From positions 1,972 through 65,971 of the forward strand of contig JAQGDQ010000069.1 of assembly GCA_030141605.1 (NCBI GenBank): a DNA stretch of 64,000 bases, read 5' to 3'. A program made the position numbers and the translations under genes. Below the pieces are notes generated by a model. The model made no database searches. It was not told the DNA's origin and was given only the letters and a program-made list of their open reading frames with translations. The stretch comes from Tubiluchus corallicola (Eukaryota > Animalia > Priapulida). Below are positions 50,073 through 62,986 of this stretch, piece after piece (the stretch's first letter is position 1; each line of letters starts with the position of its first letter).

Positions 50073-53000
50073 TTACTTTATGCTGATGACCTGGTCCTTT
50101 TCAGCATTGTATTCTTTTGTATGTTTGATATCTCCTGTAATGGTAGTTTGGCAGGCAGCTTCTACAAACAGCTTAGTTGGCACAGGTGCAATTGGACTAG
50201 TGGGCTGCCCCATAATCTGCCCATTACTCAGTGTATGTGGCAATTTTGGTTGTACGACTGATACAAAGTTCTGGTTTCCATACTGATTGGCCACGTGAGG
50301 AAAATTGGTTCCACTTTGTCCAAAATAGCCAGGTACTGGTGTAGGTTGTGGATAGGTATAAAGTTGTGGTGGCGCTGGCTGGTACTGAACTCCAGGTGGT
50401 GACACAGCAGGATGACTGGGAAATGTTGGCTGGATGTTCATGCCAGCTGCTATATAACTGTCGGGAATTTGCACTTGGTCAGGGCCAATTGGCCAAACTC
50501 TAAGGGCTTGCCACTTCATAGTACCCCTTGTCTGTGACAAAACAGCATCAAAGAAGACCATATTGTTGAGTTGAAGCCAGTCTGGACGAGTGTCCATCAT
50601 TCCTTTCACACAATGACCATTCATATCAAAGTGCACGATTTCTGTTTTGTACTGTATGATTCCAAAATCAGACATCAAGTGCACCACCTTGCCACATTTA
50701 TTGATCAACTTATTAAAACTTGTATCACTGCTGGCAGTTGATATGCTGGAACCAGTTTCGATTACTACGTCCTGGTATGGCAACATTCCTTCTCTTAAAT
50801 GAGAGGTTTTACCATCCGAAATGTTAAAATCCGATCCATCATAATCAGTTGACACTTCAAAATTATCATTTTGATAATCTTTATTGACAAATTCCATTTT
50901 CTCCTCCTTCACATTTACTAAATCAGCCCAATCCTTGCTGCTAGTGTTTGATGTCAAGTCATCCAGGTCATCTCCACCTCCTAATTCCTTTTCTAGTTCT
51001 TCCTCTAGCTCATCCCAATTAACCGAATTGTCAGTAGCGGTATTAGCATGTGATGCTGGCTGCTGCCTTTGTACTATCGGCAATGGTTGCCGACTCAGCC
51101 TCGGTGGAACGAAACCTTCGCGCCATACTCGGGTAGCAGCCCACTCAGCGCTGCCACCACGTTTGCCAGGAACAGCATCAAATCTGACCCGATCTCCTAC
51201 TTTTACAAGATCAAATAAATTCGTACGATTATACTTATTATCAATTACATTGCTGACATGAAAAAACACATTGCTGACTGCCCTACCGCCAGTGTTAAAA
51301 TAGATGAACCCGCTGGTAGGAAAGACTCGAGATATTTCTCCAGCCCTGTTAATAATAGTTGGTTTTGAATGCTGAGTGTTTGGTGTCACATTTCTAGACA
51401 CATATGTAATTGGTGCTGCTTTTCGAGAATTTTCATTAACTAGGCTGACTAAGCCTTGGCTCAAACGAAATATTTTTGGATAGCAAGTTACAAAATTAAT
51501 TATATCATGTGGCATGTAACCAACATTCTCTTTTATATTTTCACGATTAAACAAAGGATATAGTGTTCGGATCTGCTGTGGTCCAAACTGCTGAATTTTT
51601 TTCTGTACTAGCGATCCAACAATTTTATGAGCTTGCTTTTCTTCTTCATCAAGGTTCAGCACTGGACTGGGAATCTCTGCATCTGCTTCAGCATTCCAAA
51701 CCCTTGTTGCTTTGTAGTTTGCTTTAAAATTAGGGTCAGCATTTGTCTTGGCATCAAAATACATCTTTTGTCCAAGTACCAAGAGATCATTTAAATGGAC
51801 ATTTTCCACATTAAACTCCACTAATGCCGACTTTGGAAAATACACACAAGACTTCCGTTCATATGTAAGAAATCCGCCAGCGACAATGATGTTATTGACA
51901 ATTCCCAATTGGCATTTTAGGGTAATGTCAAATGAATCAGCTTCCTCGGTCAGACAGACTTCAGAATCGCAATCAATAATAAGATGTTTCGGATGTCTTT
52001 TGATAAATTCTGTAAATTCTAACTCTGTGTTTCCTGTAATTTTTGTGATAGTTTCGGGAGCTTCATTAACATTATACAACAGGCGGCAGATATTACATCT
52101 TCCAGAAACTTTCCGAAGAAGCTCCTTAACAAAATCTGTAGCAACCAGATCAGCAGTATCTGCACTCGGTCCAACATCATTAATGCTTGACAGCTCTGAA
52201 ACTTTTTCTTGAGACTTCAAGGTAACAATGCCGTTTTTTACGTTAAACACATCAGGGTGTTTGCATATAAAAGATGAGACATCATCGCCAACAGCACTGC
52301 GAACTGAAGCAGGTGCCAGTGTCCGCCGGCCAACTAATTTCTTCAATTCTACCTCTGTTTCACCTCTTGATATCATGCTACGGCGAAAGTACTCTATAGC
52401 AGCCAGGTCTAACTCAGAGATGTATTTCCCATTCACTAAGTTATTTTTAGTTAAATTTAGCTTCTCGGTAAGTGCAACAATACCACTGTTTATTGCGAAC
52501 TCCTGTGGATGTCTCTGAAGAAAGGTGATAAATTCCTCATCCGTTGTTCCTGTAGCAATCCGAAATTCTGGAGGAGCATCGGCTTTTTTGCTAGCAAGGC
52601 TACGCACAGCTACCTGTTTTAGGCCCCATTTTTTAATTGCTTCTTTAAAATATTGAACAGCTTCATGCTCTATCTTTTCTGGATTCCAGGCCTTGGGTCT
52701 AGGTGATGTTCTTTTATCATCACCATCCTCACTTTCACTTTCTTCATCTTCATCAATAATTACTTGAACAGTTTCACCCTTTACAACAAATTTTTCTGGG
52801 TGACGATTAAGAAAGCTTGTGAATTGCTCAATCGTCTTGCCAACGTGCTTACGGATGTGAGATGGTGCCTGAGACTTTTTGCCCATTAATTTCGAAATTG
52901 CAACCACATCTGTCCCCCAAACGTCAAATGGCTCCTTGAAAAAGTCAACAGCTTCCTTCTCTATTTCTTCGTCCATGTTACCATCTGCAAAATTACAGAT

Positions 53001-55070
53001 AAATGTCGCCATATTAGCCAAATACTAATATATTGACAAATTAATATTTAGTTACCGGAATGTCTCACAGTTACTTATACATGCACAATCAATGCATTTA
53101 TGCATTTATTTGCAACACCAATTGCAAAATTTGGTATAAAAAGCCACTATTTTTATTTACAGTAGGCGCTGCTTAATAGACTCATTTTGGGACCGAAGTG
53201 TTTTGACCCAATTAACATACTGAACCTATTAACAGATGGGTGTAGTATTACTGGTACAGAAGTACGAGTCACCAGCTTAGTATGCACTGCAAAGGTTTTT
53301 AATGAATTCTAGAAATGAATTAATGCCTAAACTCCTTTGTGCAGTTAAAAATTAAAAAAAATTTAAAATGTTAATTTATATAAGTAATTTAGCAATAAAT
53401 TAAAAAGTATACTATTCATTTGCAAAAATTACAAAAATTCCATAAAGATCGGCTGCTTCATTTTATCGCGAAGAAATTGGCTCAAGGAGTTCTAATAATG
53501 ATAAAAACGTTGAAAATCTGTTGTATGATGCACAGATTCTTGTAAAATACTTAGTGCTTGGCGTACCTAAACTGTTTGTGGAGCCCGTTTGTGTAACTTA
53601 GTCTATAGTTTCGCCTAAGTTTCTGCTTGCCATTGGGATGTCTTAGTGTGTGCTGTAATTGCATCCCTGGCATAACAGCAACATCTAACTGATTAAACTT
53701 TCTGGAAAAGACAGCCAGAGCTTCAAAAGCAAACGCTAAGCACGTGATTAAATGTTTAGCTTCCAGGAATTTTTGGGTAATGACGGGTGGGTCAAAGCAA
53801 ACCATTAGGCTAGCATATTAGCATATGATAAGTGTTCCTGCTTACAAACAAAACGGTACTTAACATGATTGTTTCTACGTATATTATAGTACAAAAGCAA
53901 ATTAAGAATATATTAAAGTCATAAAAGCTTATTAATCACATGAAAGTGTTTTACTGAAACATGTGAAGCAATAATATTGAGTCAATTATTCGGAGTTATT
54001 TGAGTTAATTATCGACAGTTTTTATGTACATTTGAATGGAAGTGGCCCTTACCAGGTGTTTTTCAGTCAATTAAGCGATTGAGTTTATTAACCGTGAGTC
54101 TATTAAGCGGCACCTACTATAGTAAGTTTTAAATGAAAGCTGATAAAGCCATATATGTTGAAGAACAATCATGCTAATTTTAATAAACACTAATAAAGAG
54201 AATTAAATTTACGGTTAATTCCCTAGCTAATGAATTTCTTTTGAGCATCCACGATCAAATAACTCAGAACTTGAAAAAGTGACAGACAGACTGAAAGGCG
54301 CTCATTCCACCTGTAACGAAGCTTACTTACAGTCCACAAAGCAAAGAACAAATAACCTTAAGGAAATATGCAAAACTCTGTTACCTATTTAGAAGAAAAA
54401 TGCTTTTAGGAAGGTGATTATCCTAGGTCCAATCTTCCAAGTCCGAAGATGCCAAGGTATCCCAGTTGTTGGTAACCTTACTAGTAACACCTTCTGCCAG
54501 CGAAACAAATTTCCCTTCCACTTGGAAAACGTCTGGGTGCAGACGTAAAAACTTTGCAAATTTTTTGTCCTTTCGACCAACAAATTCTCTTACTCTCATA
54601 GAAGTAAACTGTTTGGTACTTGCAAGTTTGTGAATTGTAACGTTTGGCTCATTCCAACGATCAAGTTCATCACGGAAAAATTCTATAGCTTCCAGTTCTG
54701 TGAGAACAGATATTTCCTGTTTTTCTTCTTCACTTAGGATCTCCCGTTCGGCACCAAGCAAATACACAACATTATTTTCTATCCTAAATATCGATGGATA
54801 AGCCAAAAGCAAATTGCGAAATGGAATGAGACCTGGTGCAGCAGTTTCTTTAACATACCATGGACATTTGTGGTCGCCCAAATGTGTCACAAATTTTAGC
54901 AAAGGCAGTGGTCCCTTTCTGGCTAAGATTTCTGCTAAGTAAAGTACTGTATTCTTCCTGATGATATTTAATTTTGAGTGACGAAGATTTTTCGTTAATG
55001 GTTGGTCTGCTACATAATTTGCTGGCGCACATTTTACGTAAGAGCTAGTATGAGGGCCCGCATCACTCAT
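50073..55070 (-). CDS. Egalitarian-like protein: 7 Egl-type winged-helix repeats, 3 cold-shock/OB-like domains, C-terminal LC8-type motif, no exonuclease domain; ~1166 aa
   Basis: Long ORFs 54423..55070 and 50073..53021 join in phase 1 via a|gtaagg (54482) and ttttgcag| (52984), giving 3501 nt. Repeat consensus EA..FF...L...G...V....L......AP..VR..VG.....F..FL..HP..F.V....V.L. OB-like units G.V.....GFI......V.F......V.FDA......W.A.RVW. C-terminal VEAACQTTITGDI. Confidence 0.8.
53160..54119. mobile_element. Tc1/mariner (pogo/Tigger-like) non-autonomous element in the intron of the Egl-like gene
   Basis: 25-bp TIRs cagtaggcgctgcttaatagactca / tgagtctattaagcggcacctacta; TA on both flanks. Confidence 0.8.
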
Positions 55071-55379
55071 AATTCATTGCTGACGTGTCTTTACAACAAA
55101 ATGACTAGAAGAATAATAGAAATAAAACTATTTAGTTACCACATTATCAAGTTATGCACATAATGTATAGTTAGACATAATACATCATCACATTATACAT
55201 ATCATGTATAGTTTTACATACCACATGATCATATTACACATCCATGCATGCATGCACACATGCATACACCCACCACGCATGCACATACACACACACTGCA
55301 GAATGCATTTTACAATCTATAGCTGAATGAAGATTTTTTTCTATAGTCACTATCATTTTGACAGTTTTTGCCAAATTCG

Positions 55380-55828
55380 CACTCCAACCAAATTATGACA
55401 ATCACTAACTCCTGTATTAGAATTTATTTTACCAATGAGGCATCTTGGATTATCATTATCAGTAATTACCACATCTAGTAATGATGGTGTAGTTTTCAGC
55501 AGGTGGGTGTACTCATGACATTTTTGAGTCTAAAAGTAGTTACCAAATCATCTAGTTGGTTAGGTTTATGCATTATGCTTACGTTTAAATCGCCAATAAC
55601 GAATATCACATTGGCATCTGGCTGAATTTTGTCGTAAATTTTTCCAAATTTATCCATTAACACGGGAACATGTATGGATGGGGGTCGATATATATACCAA
55701 CTAACATAGAACGATTTTTCTACTCGGGCATTGAGCTCAATGATTAATTTTTCTGTGCTGCCACAATTTTCCTCAAGATCCTGTCTTCGCCTATGTGGTA
55801 TGTCACTGCGAACATGTAGCATCAACAT
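55380..55828 (-). mobile_element. Degenerate LINE AP-endonuclease fragment
   Basis: IYRPPS, VIGDLN, STPTC*...SLLDVVIT...VSDCHN motifs with an in-frame stop. Confidence 0.75.
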
Positions 55829-56132
55829 GTGGACTTATGTGTTTTGTCTCATTTTATGCAGTCTAAAGCATTTAAATCATTTAAATTCTTCAAAAACTAA
55901 TCAGGGTGTCAGAGACTGCATCAAAACGCACTTTTGTCGGATTTTGGCAGTTTTGCTTTATACTAATAAAGTTTCTGCTACAGTCAAAGAATGAAAAATT
56001 CTGATTTTGAAATGATGTCACTACAGTCAGAATCACGCCGTGTAGTTTTAGCTACAGTCCCCTGACGAATTCAAAATAAATTCTTTAAACATCACGAGAC
56101 AAAACAAGCTAAAGTACACAATTTGATCTTAC

Positions 56133-56240
56133 CTAGCACTAAATCACGCACAAACTAGCAACGCTGACTATAAAAAAATCTGCAATCAGCTGGCGATTGT
56201 AAAATGCGCTTTACAACATGGGTTGATGGCTAATTGCGTG
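56133..56240 (-). promoter_or_regulatory. Probable non-coding first exon/promoter of the Egl-like gene
   Basis: Strong donor ctag|gtaaga at 56133/56132 in a CpG-enriched patch; matching acceptor ttcttctag before 55104. Confidence 0.45.
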
Positions 56241-56899
56241 CTGGCAAAATTAATTTTATTAAAAAGGGAACTACATCGGGATATTAATGACCAATAACAA
56301 CACTCTTACATTCGTTGATATCCCGACAAAATCCAGTGAAACACTGATGTTACTTTACCAATAAGAATTAATAATTTCCTCGCTTCTACTAACGTAATAC
56401 TTCACAAAATCCCCACTCCATCTTTCTAGTTTAAAATTATTTCTTCAAAAGCGCATCGCTTATTTTACTCGCTTTACTGCCTTTCGTCACGACACCGAGT
56501 GTTTTATAAGAAGTTGCACAAGACGCATATTTTAAAGGCACTTTGCCTATTGGAAGTGGAGCATGCTAAAGCACCAGTACCAAGAAAGAAGCTAACATCT
56601 TCACCAACTGGGGAATTCATCGCTCATTCACGCGGATCGTGTGGCGGTCGACCATACAGGCTGCTGAGCATTTGGCACTATCCTTGGACACAAGGTGGAG
56701 GCCATGACAAAGAATCCAAAACTTACTATAGTTGATCAACATTCGAGCTATAACCTCAGAAGACATCTGTGAGACGTGTTTGACGAACCTTCGCTCAATT
56801 CTGATTTTCTTGGGTCTCTCCAGTCTCGCTAGCCTTCAGCTAGGTTGTGCGAGTTGCATGAGGCTTTCACATAAATAAAATATTGAGGGCTTGAAATGT

Positions 56900-57430
56900 T
56901 TAGTTTGCAGTTTGACTTTCTGTCTGTTTGGCTATTCCATATGGTAAGATCGCAATCAAATCAAACTTGGCGCAATTAAAGAGAGAGTTGGGCAAGGGCT
57001 GGAGCTCAATATTTCTTGGTTCAACAAGGAAAGTCAAAGGTATATGCAGTGTGTACTATACAAAATTAATGTGCAGGAACTCCACCATACAGGCAAGTCG
57101 TACTAGCTGTGATTCAGTTTGGCAAGTGTGCATTGTGGGCGACACATGTTTGTGTTCATTTCTTATTATTTACTGAAAAAGCACCTCAAACCAATAAATT
57201 CGTTTCAGGCTAATATCATGGGCAAAATTGGCACTGTCAACAAAAGGATTAAAGGTTTCTACAGCAAAGAAAAAACGTAAAATACACAGATCATGGGTCA
57301 CTCTTGTAACTAAAAAACGGTGAACTCAAACAGCATTTGTATGGAGATAACAAACATTTAAGCAATTCCAAGGGTACTGCAATGTTGGCTCGACATTTCA
57401 AGCAAGCGATCTTCAATGCTACCACACCTA
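56900..57430 (+). pseudogene. Possible decayed SGNH-esterase-type LINE ORF1 remnant
   Basis: Fragmentary CIVGDT and LYGDNKHLSNSKGTAMLARHFKQAI (D..HL...G...LA pattern); many stops. Confidence 0.3.
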
Positions 57431-58623
57431 GACTGTGGCAAGTCCAAAATGACATTCATGATGGGCGGCATCGGATTTATAATTCGACTCCTCAATAATA
57501 GGCACTTCTTAACATGTCACACACAAACCGCCTCCATTCCTGTTGCTGTGAGCCCATCTAATTATTGACTGATATATGCCAATATAATTATGCCTTATAA
57601 AAGCACAGCTTATGACCGACTATCTATTATGTTGAGGAGTGACTGTAAAAACTCAAAATCCAAAATAGATAAGTTGTTTAATGAGTGTGATAATAATAAC
57701 ATACTGCATGTGCGCAACGTTCTCATGCCATATGTGTAGTGCAATGAATGTAATCACAAACACAGAACAATTCTGTATCTGTTGACTTTAACTTTATGAA
57801 AGACCCAAATTTGTACATGCAAGCACTAATCTGTAGAAACGGGTACATGACATTTGGGGCGTGGCTATTTGGGCACGAGGCATTTGGGCACGCTACATTC
57901 AAACACAGGAACAATTGTCGCTATTTTTTATTTTTGTTTAATAAATCTTTAATAATTCACTAAATTCAAACTCTTATAATTATAATATTATCGTCTTTCA
58001 ACTCAAAGTGTACAATTGTGTACAAAAGATATTACACACGATATTTTTTAGATCGTTTCACTCAATTTAGTGTATGCAGTAACATGTGTTATAACTATTA
58101 AAATCAGTCAATTGACTTTGCGCTTTCTGGTTTTCCATCTTCGATAATAATTATTGGTGTGTTGTTTATAAAATGAATGAAGTAGGAAGAGACACCGAAC
58201 GTTTAGATTAGCATTTTGTAAAAAAATGACGGCAAGTTAGTTCATAAATATGTAATGCATCACAAAAACAGTAAATAACAGAAAATTATGCATGACAAAA
58301 AGATTTAGTCACAGCAAATTTAACATTACTGCAGCGGCTAAACCAATTACATCACAATTTATATTGATGTGCTTTAGAGGAAACGGACGTGTAATGGGTT
58401 GTTTAATTGTTTACACTAACTACTCACTCGAAATAAACCAGATCAATGCTTAATGTAGCAGTAAAACCTTTATTTGCCATTTTAAAAACATTGACCATCA
58501 TAATAAAAGACAGACAATCAGTGTTAGTTCATATAAACAACATACACTGTTCTGGGCAAATGCGTCTGGTGCAAGCTAAACTATAAGTGCAACTAGAAAT
58601 TCAAAAATAAAATATAAACTAGT

Positions 58624-59043
58624 TTAGTAGGGTCTATGAAAAATGAAATTATGATTTGAGTAAGTATCATCGTGTTCGTATGTCGGATATTCAAAACGAG
58701 TCATTAAATGTTTTTTTAATTTAGACTTGAGTATTAATAAAGAGCTGCTGTGTTTTAGTGATGTTTTTAATGAATTCCAAAGTTGTATTGCTTGCATAGT
58801 AATGGAATTCTTTCCATACTGATTGTTCGTTCTGATGTTTCTTAAATTTAGTGTTTTGTTATTCATACTGTGGTTTTTAAGAAGTGGGAGCTTATTGTTT
58901 TTGAAAGGATAATTAATATTGTTGATATATTTATAGAGAAGAAGGAGAGTTTGATAATCTCTGTGGGCTTCTAATATCGGGATTTTCATGGAGTTTCTTA
59001 AAGAGGTGGCAGAATATTTACTTGTATTGTGAGATAATTTCAA
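58624..59043 (-). mobile_element. C-terminal RT-ORF tail of an older CR1/L2-type LINE
   Basis: LLLLYKYIN...RTNNQYGKNSITMQAIQLWNSL...SSSLLILKSKLKKHL pattern; AT-rich. Confidence 0.7.
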
Positions 59044-59177
59044 AGAATGACCCTTAACTTACATGATTAGGGGGGGGCAGTGGTGTCGGGGAGATTGTAT
59101 AGGATGGATAAATCCCACCCCCCGACACATTGCTGAGGCCTTCGACAGGCCCATTGCAATTATTCACTGCTATACGT

Positions 59178-62100
59178 CTATTGGTCGTACTCGGCAAGCC
59201 TTCCAGCTTGCTTCAGATACGCCGCTAGTTTTTTCAGGTTTAAGTTCTCTACAACTGCTCTAAGTTTTGTATTTTTATTTCCCAGACATTTGATACGAGC
59301 ACCCTGGTAGGCGGTGCATCGTCCCACGTGATGGTCCGGTGTTTCGTCTTCCTGACCACATTTCGGGCAAATCGCGGATTATGCTCGACAAGTGGTTTTT
59401 TTATGTTTTTGGAGATTACAGTGTCCGGTTAGGACCTGTATAACCATGTTGAGTTAGTTCTACTGAGACTCAGGAGCCTATTGCAGACTCGGGCCGAGGC
59501 CCAGCCCACATGTTCCTTTGTTCTTTTGCAGTCCTCACGATTATTCCACGACGTTTCCCATCGTTTTAGACTCCATCCCTTAATCGCGTAGACACAGCTA
59601 GCGTAAGGGACGGGCAGATAGGGTTCTGGTCCCTCCGGAGAGAGCTCAGATCCCTTTTTAGCAAGCTTGTCCGCCTCTTCGTTACCATGTACTCCTTAGT
59701 GTCCAGGAATCCATGTAACCAAGACTCGGTTTCTTTTTCCAAGTATGTTCAAGTTTTCAACACAACGTAAAACCGAGATAGATTTTACTGTATTGTTTTC
59801 AGTAGCTTTAATAGCCGCCTGGCTGTCTAACAGGATGACTATTGATTGATTCTGGAGTCCTTCCGAAGACATTATCTCCGCCGCTTGTGAGATGGCGAAA
59901 ACTTCTGCCTGGAAAACAGTACTCAATTTCCCAAGATAGAAGAACTCCTCCAATACTCTGGACTCAGTCGGATACTCGATACGTATACCTGCACCGATCC
60001 TTCCGCCCAGTTTGGAACCATCGGTATAACACCTGACACAGTTCCTATCCATTTCGCCTTCCGATTTGATAGCGATTTCTCTTTCCTGAATCTGGCATTC
60101 GAAATTTCTTTCGAACACGCATGTTCTTTTTCTTAAATCACCCGGCATATGCAACAGTTGGAGGTCGCGCCTATAGCTATTGCACACATCGATATGACTT
60201 TTAGACTTACCAAAAGTTCCCACGGTCTTCGCTGTCCAGAGCCCCGCCGTATCTATACGGTATGACCCTCGGACCGCCTCCGACCGAATGAACTCGTCTA
60301 TTGGTGTGATATTCAACAACATCTCCGATGCACCGGTAGGAGTACTTGGGAACGCTGAAGAAATCATTAAGCATGCTAATCTCTGTACTTTCTGGAGCAT
60401 TTTCCTGAGGTACATTTTTTCCAACCCGCTGACCCAGGACACACACGCATACGTCATGAAAGGACGTACCATTGCCGTGTATATCCATTTCATGATCCGC
60501 GGTTGGATACCCCACGTTTTACCAACAATTTGTCTGCATTGCATAAGTGCCGCCGTCGCCTTGTTGGTGACCCGTGTTATATGGCTCTTCCAAGTCAGTT
60601 TACTGTCTAGGGTTACCCCGAGCAGTTTCGCTTCATTGGAGAGTTGGAGCTTCTGTCCATTCATCCAGAGATCCCCAATATTTGGATTTCTCTTGTTTGT
60701 GAACATGATTACTTCGGTCTTACTACTGCTGAATTCTAGTTCAGTTTTCCTGGACCATTCAGCAGCAATGTTAATTACATTTTGCGCCCTCCTTCTGACC
60801 GTCGATACGTTCGCACTAGCTATTAGTACTGCCAGGTCGTCGGCATAGGCTTGTGCATAAATTCCATTTTCTTCAAATTCCCTAAGCAGAGAGTTCAATA
60901 CACAGTTCCATAGCAAGGGAGACAGTATTCCGCCTTGGGGGTTTCCCTTTACTACTTCCCTCTTTACCGTGGCATCACACAGCTCTACTTGGACCGTACG
61001 GCACCTTACCATGTTCTCAATCCAGCGGATAAGAACTGGCGATACCTCAAGTTCAAGCAATGCGGCGGATATGCTATTAAAAGAAACGTTATCAAATGCC
61101 CCAACAATATCCAAAAAGACACCTAGTGAGAGCTTCTTTTTAGCAAGACTACGTTCAATACGCTGTACATACTCGTGCAGAGCAGTTTCCGTGGAAACGC
61201 CTGCGCGGAAGCCATACTGCACATTGGATAGTCTTGCTTGTAATTCAGTATCCTCGTTCAATTGATAGAGGACTATTCTCTCCAACCATTTCAGTTGAAA
61301 TGACGTTAATGTTATCATCCGGAAAGACTTGACTTCTAAATAGCTATTCTTTCCGGGTTTCGGCAAAAATACTCCTTTCCCTTCCTTCCAGGATCTCGGT
61401 ACATGACCATACCTGAGACATGTCTGGAAAAGCATGAGGTAGTGCTTTTTAATGTATTTCCATCCTTTCTGCAACAGGACTGGATATATACCATCCGGTC
61501 CCGGAGCCTTGAACGGTTGGAATTCAAACAGTGCCGCTTTCACTCGTTCTTCCGAGCAAATGGAAGCGATGAATTCCTCATCCACGGTCGCGCAAACAGG
61601 CAAATCCGTGGATGTGTCTGGTTCCGTTACTCGACTCCCTGGTGATAGGGTGTCGAGGAGCCGGTTTAAAGTTTCCTCCGGTGAACTGGTTAATTTACCG
61701 TCTTCTTTATACACACAGCTTAACTGCGCTGCTTTATTTCGGCGGAGGACCTTTACCAACCTAGCAGTTGGTGCCTGATCTTCCATCTTTTCCGTGAAAC
61801 TCCGCCAGGATTGGCGTTTCGCCTTCCGGACGGCGTTTTTGAATATAGACTGGGTTAGCTTTCTTGTTTCCCAGTCTCGTTGATTTTTAGTCTTAGTGGC
61901 TCTCCTGCAAGCCCTGCGCGCCTCCTTGCGGAGACGGCTTAGCTCCGGATTCCACCATTTGTTCCCATCCTTCTTCCTCTGCCTACGTAATGGGCAAGCA
62001 GTTTCATAAGAATGAATAACAGCAGCCTGAACTTCATCAGCCAAATCCTCAATATCCTCATTGGAGGACACCTTGTATTCCCGGTTCAGTTCTGGAAGTT

Positions 62101-62974
62101 TATGCTCAAGTTCTTCCGCATACTTTTCCCAGCAAGTACGGCGGATGTTCCTGATGAGTGGGTTTTCTTTTGAAATACTGCTTTTCACTAGGAATCTTAT
62201 ATACATGTGGTCCGACAGCGATGGCACGTCACTGACATACCAATCGCATACTATGTCCCCTGCATGCAGATTCCTCAGTGTCAAGTCTAGCACCTCTTCT
62301 CTTGCTTTTGTTCGGAACGTTGGTTTACGGCCAACATTGCAGAATTCAAGATTAGCGCTTGCACAATACTCCAAGAGTTCCTCACCCCTGTCGTTGACAT
62401 CGGTGGAACCCCATAACGTATGATGCGCATTAGCATCAGTCCCCACAATAATTGGAGTTTTATCACCGTCCCCGAATGATATCAGTTCCCTGAGTAATAT
62501 AGGGGGAGCCGGTTGATCATGCACCATGTATGCCGAGGCGAAAATGAACTCATCTCCATCCCGGCACACATTTTTTGCTTTAACCACCACAATGTCTGTA
62601 TTCGAGAACACTGGAAGTAAAAAGCATTTTAGGTTAGGAGCGGCATAAATGCACGCCCGAGGCCTTTCTCCATTCCGGTTTCCCTGGAACAGATCCCATC
62701 CTCGGAGTTTACCCCTAACTTCCCCACCGTGCGTCCAGGGTTCCTGTACAAAGACTAACCCGGTACGTATGTGTTTTACAACATCCTGCAAGTTGTAACT
62801 CGCAGCTTTGCTTTTGTGAAGATTGATTTGCCAGCACTCAATACCAGAGACACTTTGTGCTGGCTTCTCACCTATTTTATCCAAATTGTCCCCGGAAATA
62901 ACATTCAATCTACCGTGGGTATTTCCACCGAAGACTGTCTGCGGCCGGGATTTTACTTTAGCAACTGTTCCCAT
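59178..62974 (-). pseudogene. LINE ORF2 (endonuclease, reverse transcriptase, RNase H, zinc knuckle); open for 1092 aa, then disrupted
   Basis: Motifs QINLHK, VQEPW, DANAHH..WGS, SDH, KAPGPDGI, QYGFR, PQGGILSP, YADD, YTDGS. WIPGH*GVHGNEEADKLA has a stop at 59696; then a frameshift near 59455, a second stop, CPKCGQEDETPDHHVGRC and the native TAG at 59178. Confidence 0.9.
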
Positions 62975-62986
62975 ACTTTTCTGTAT

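Noticed and set aside
50080-52518. Several plus-strand ORFs up to 154 aa
   Set aside because: Antisense shadows of the long Egl-like exon.
57840-57920. Short ~15-bp atttgggcacg repeats suggesting a transposon terminus
   Set aside because: No partner terminus or TSD found in the window.
59690-59700. Programmed stop read-through in LINE ORF2
   Set aside because: A further frameshift and stop follow downstream, so simple mutational decay explains it.
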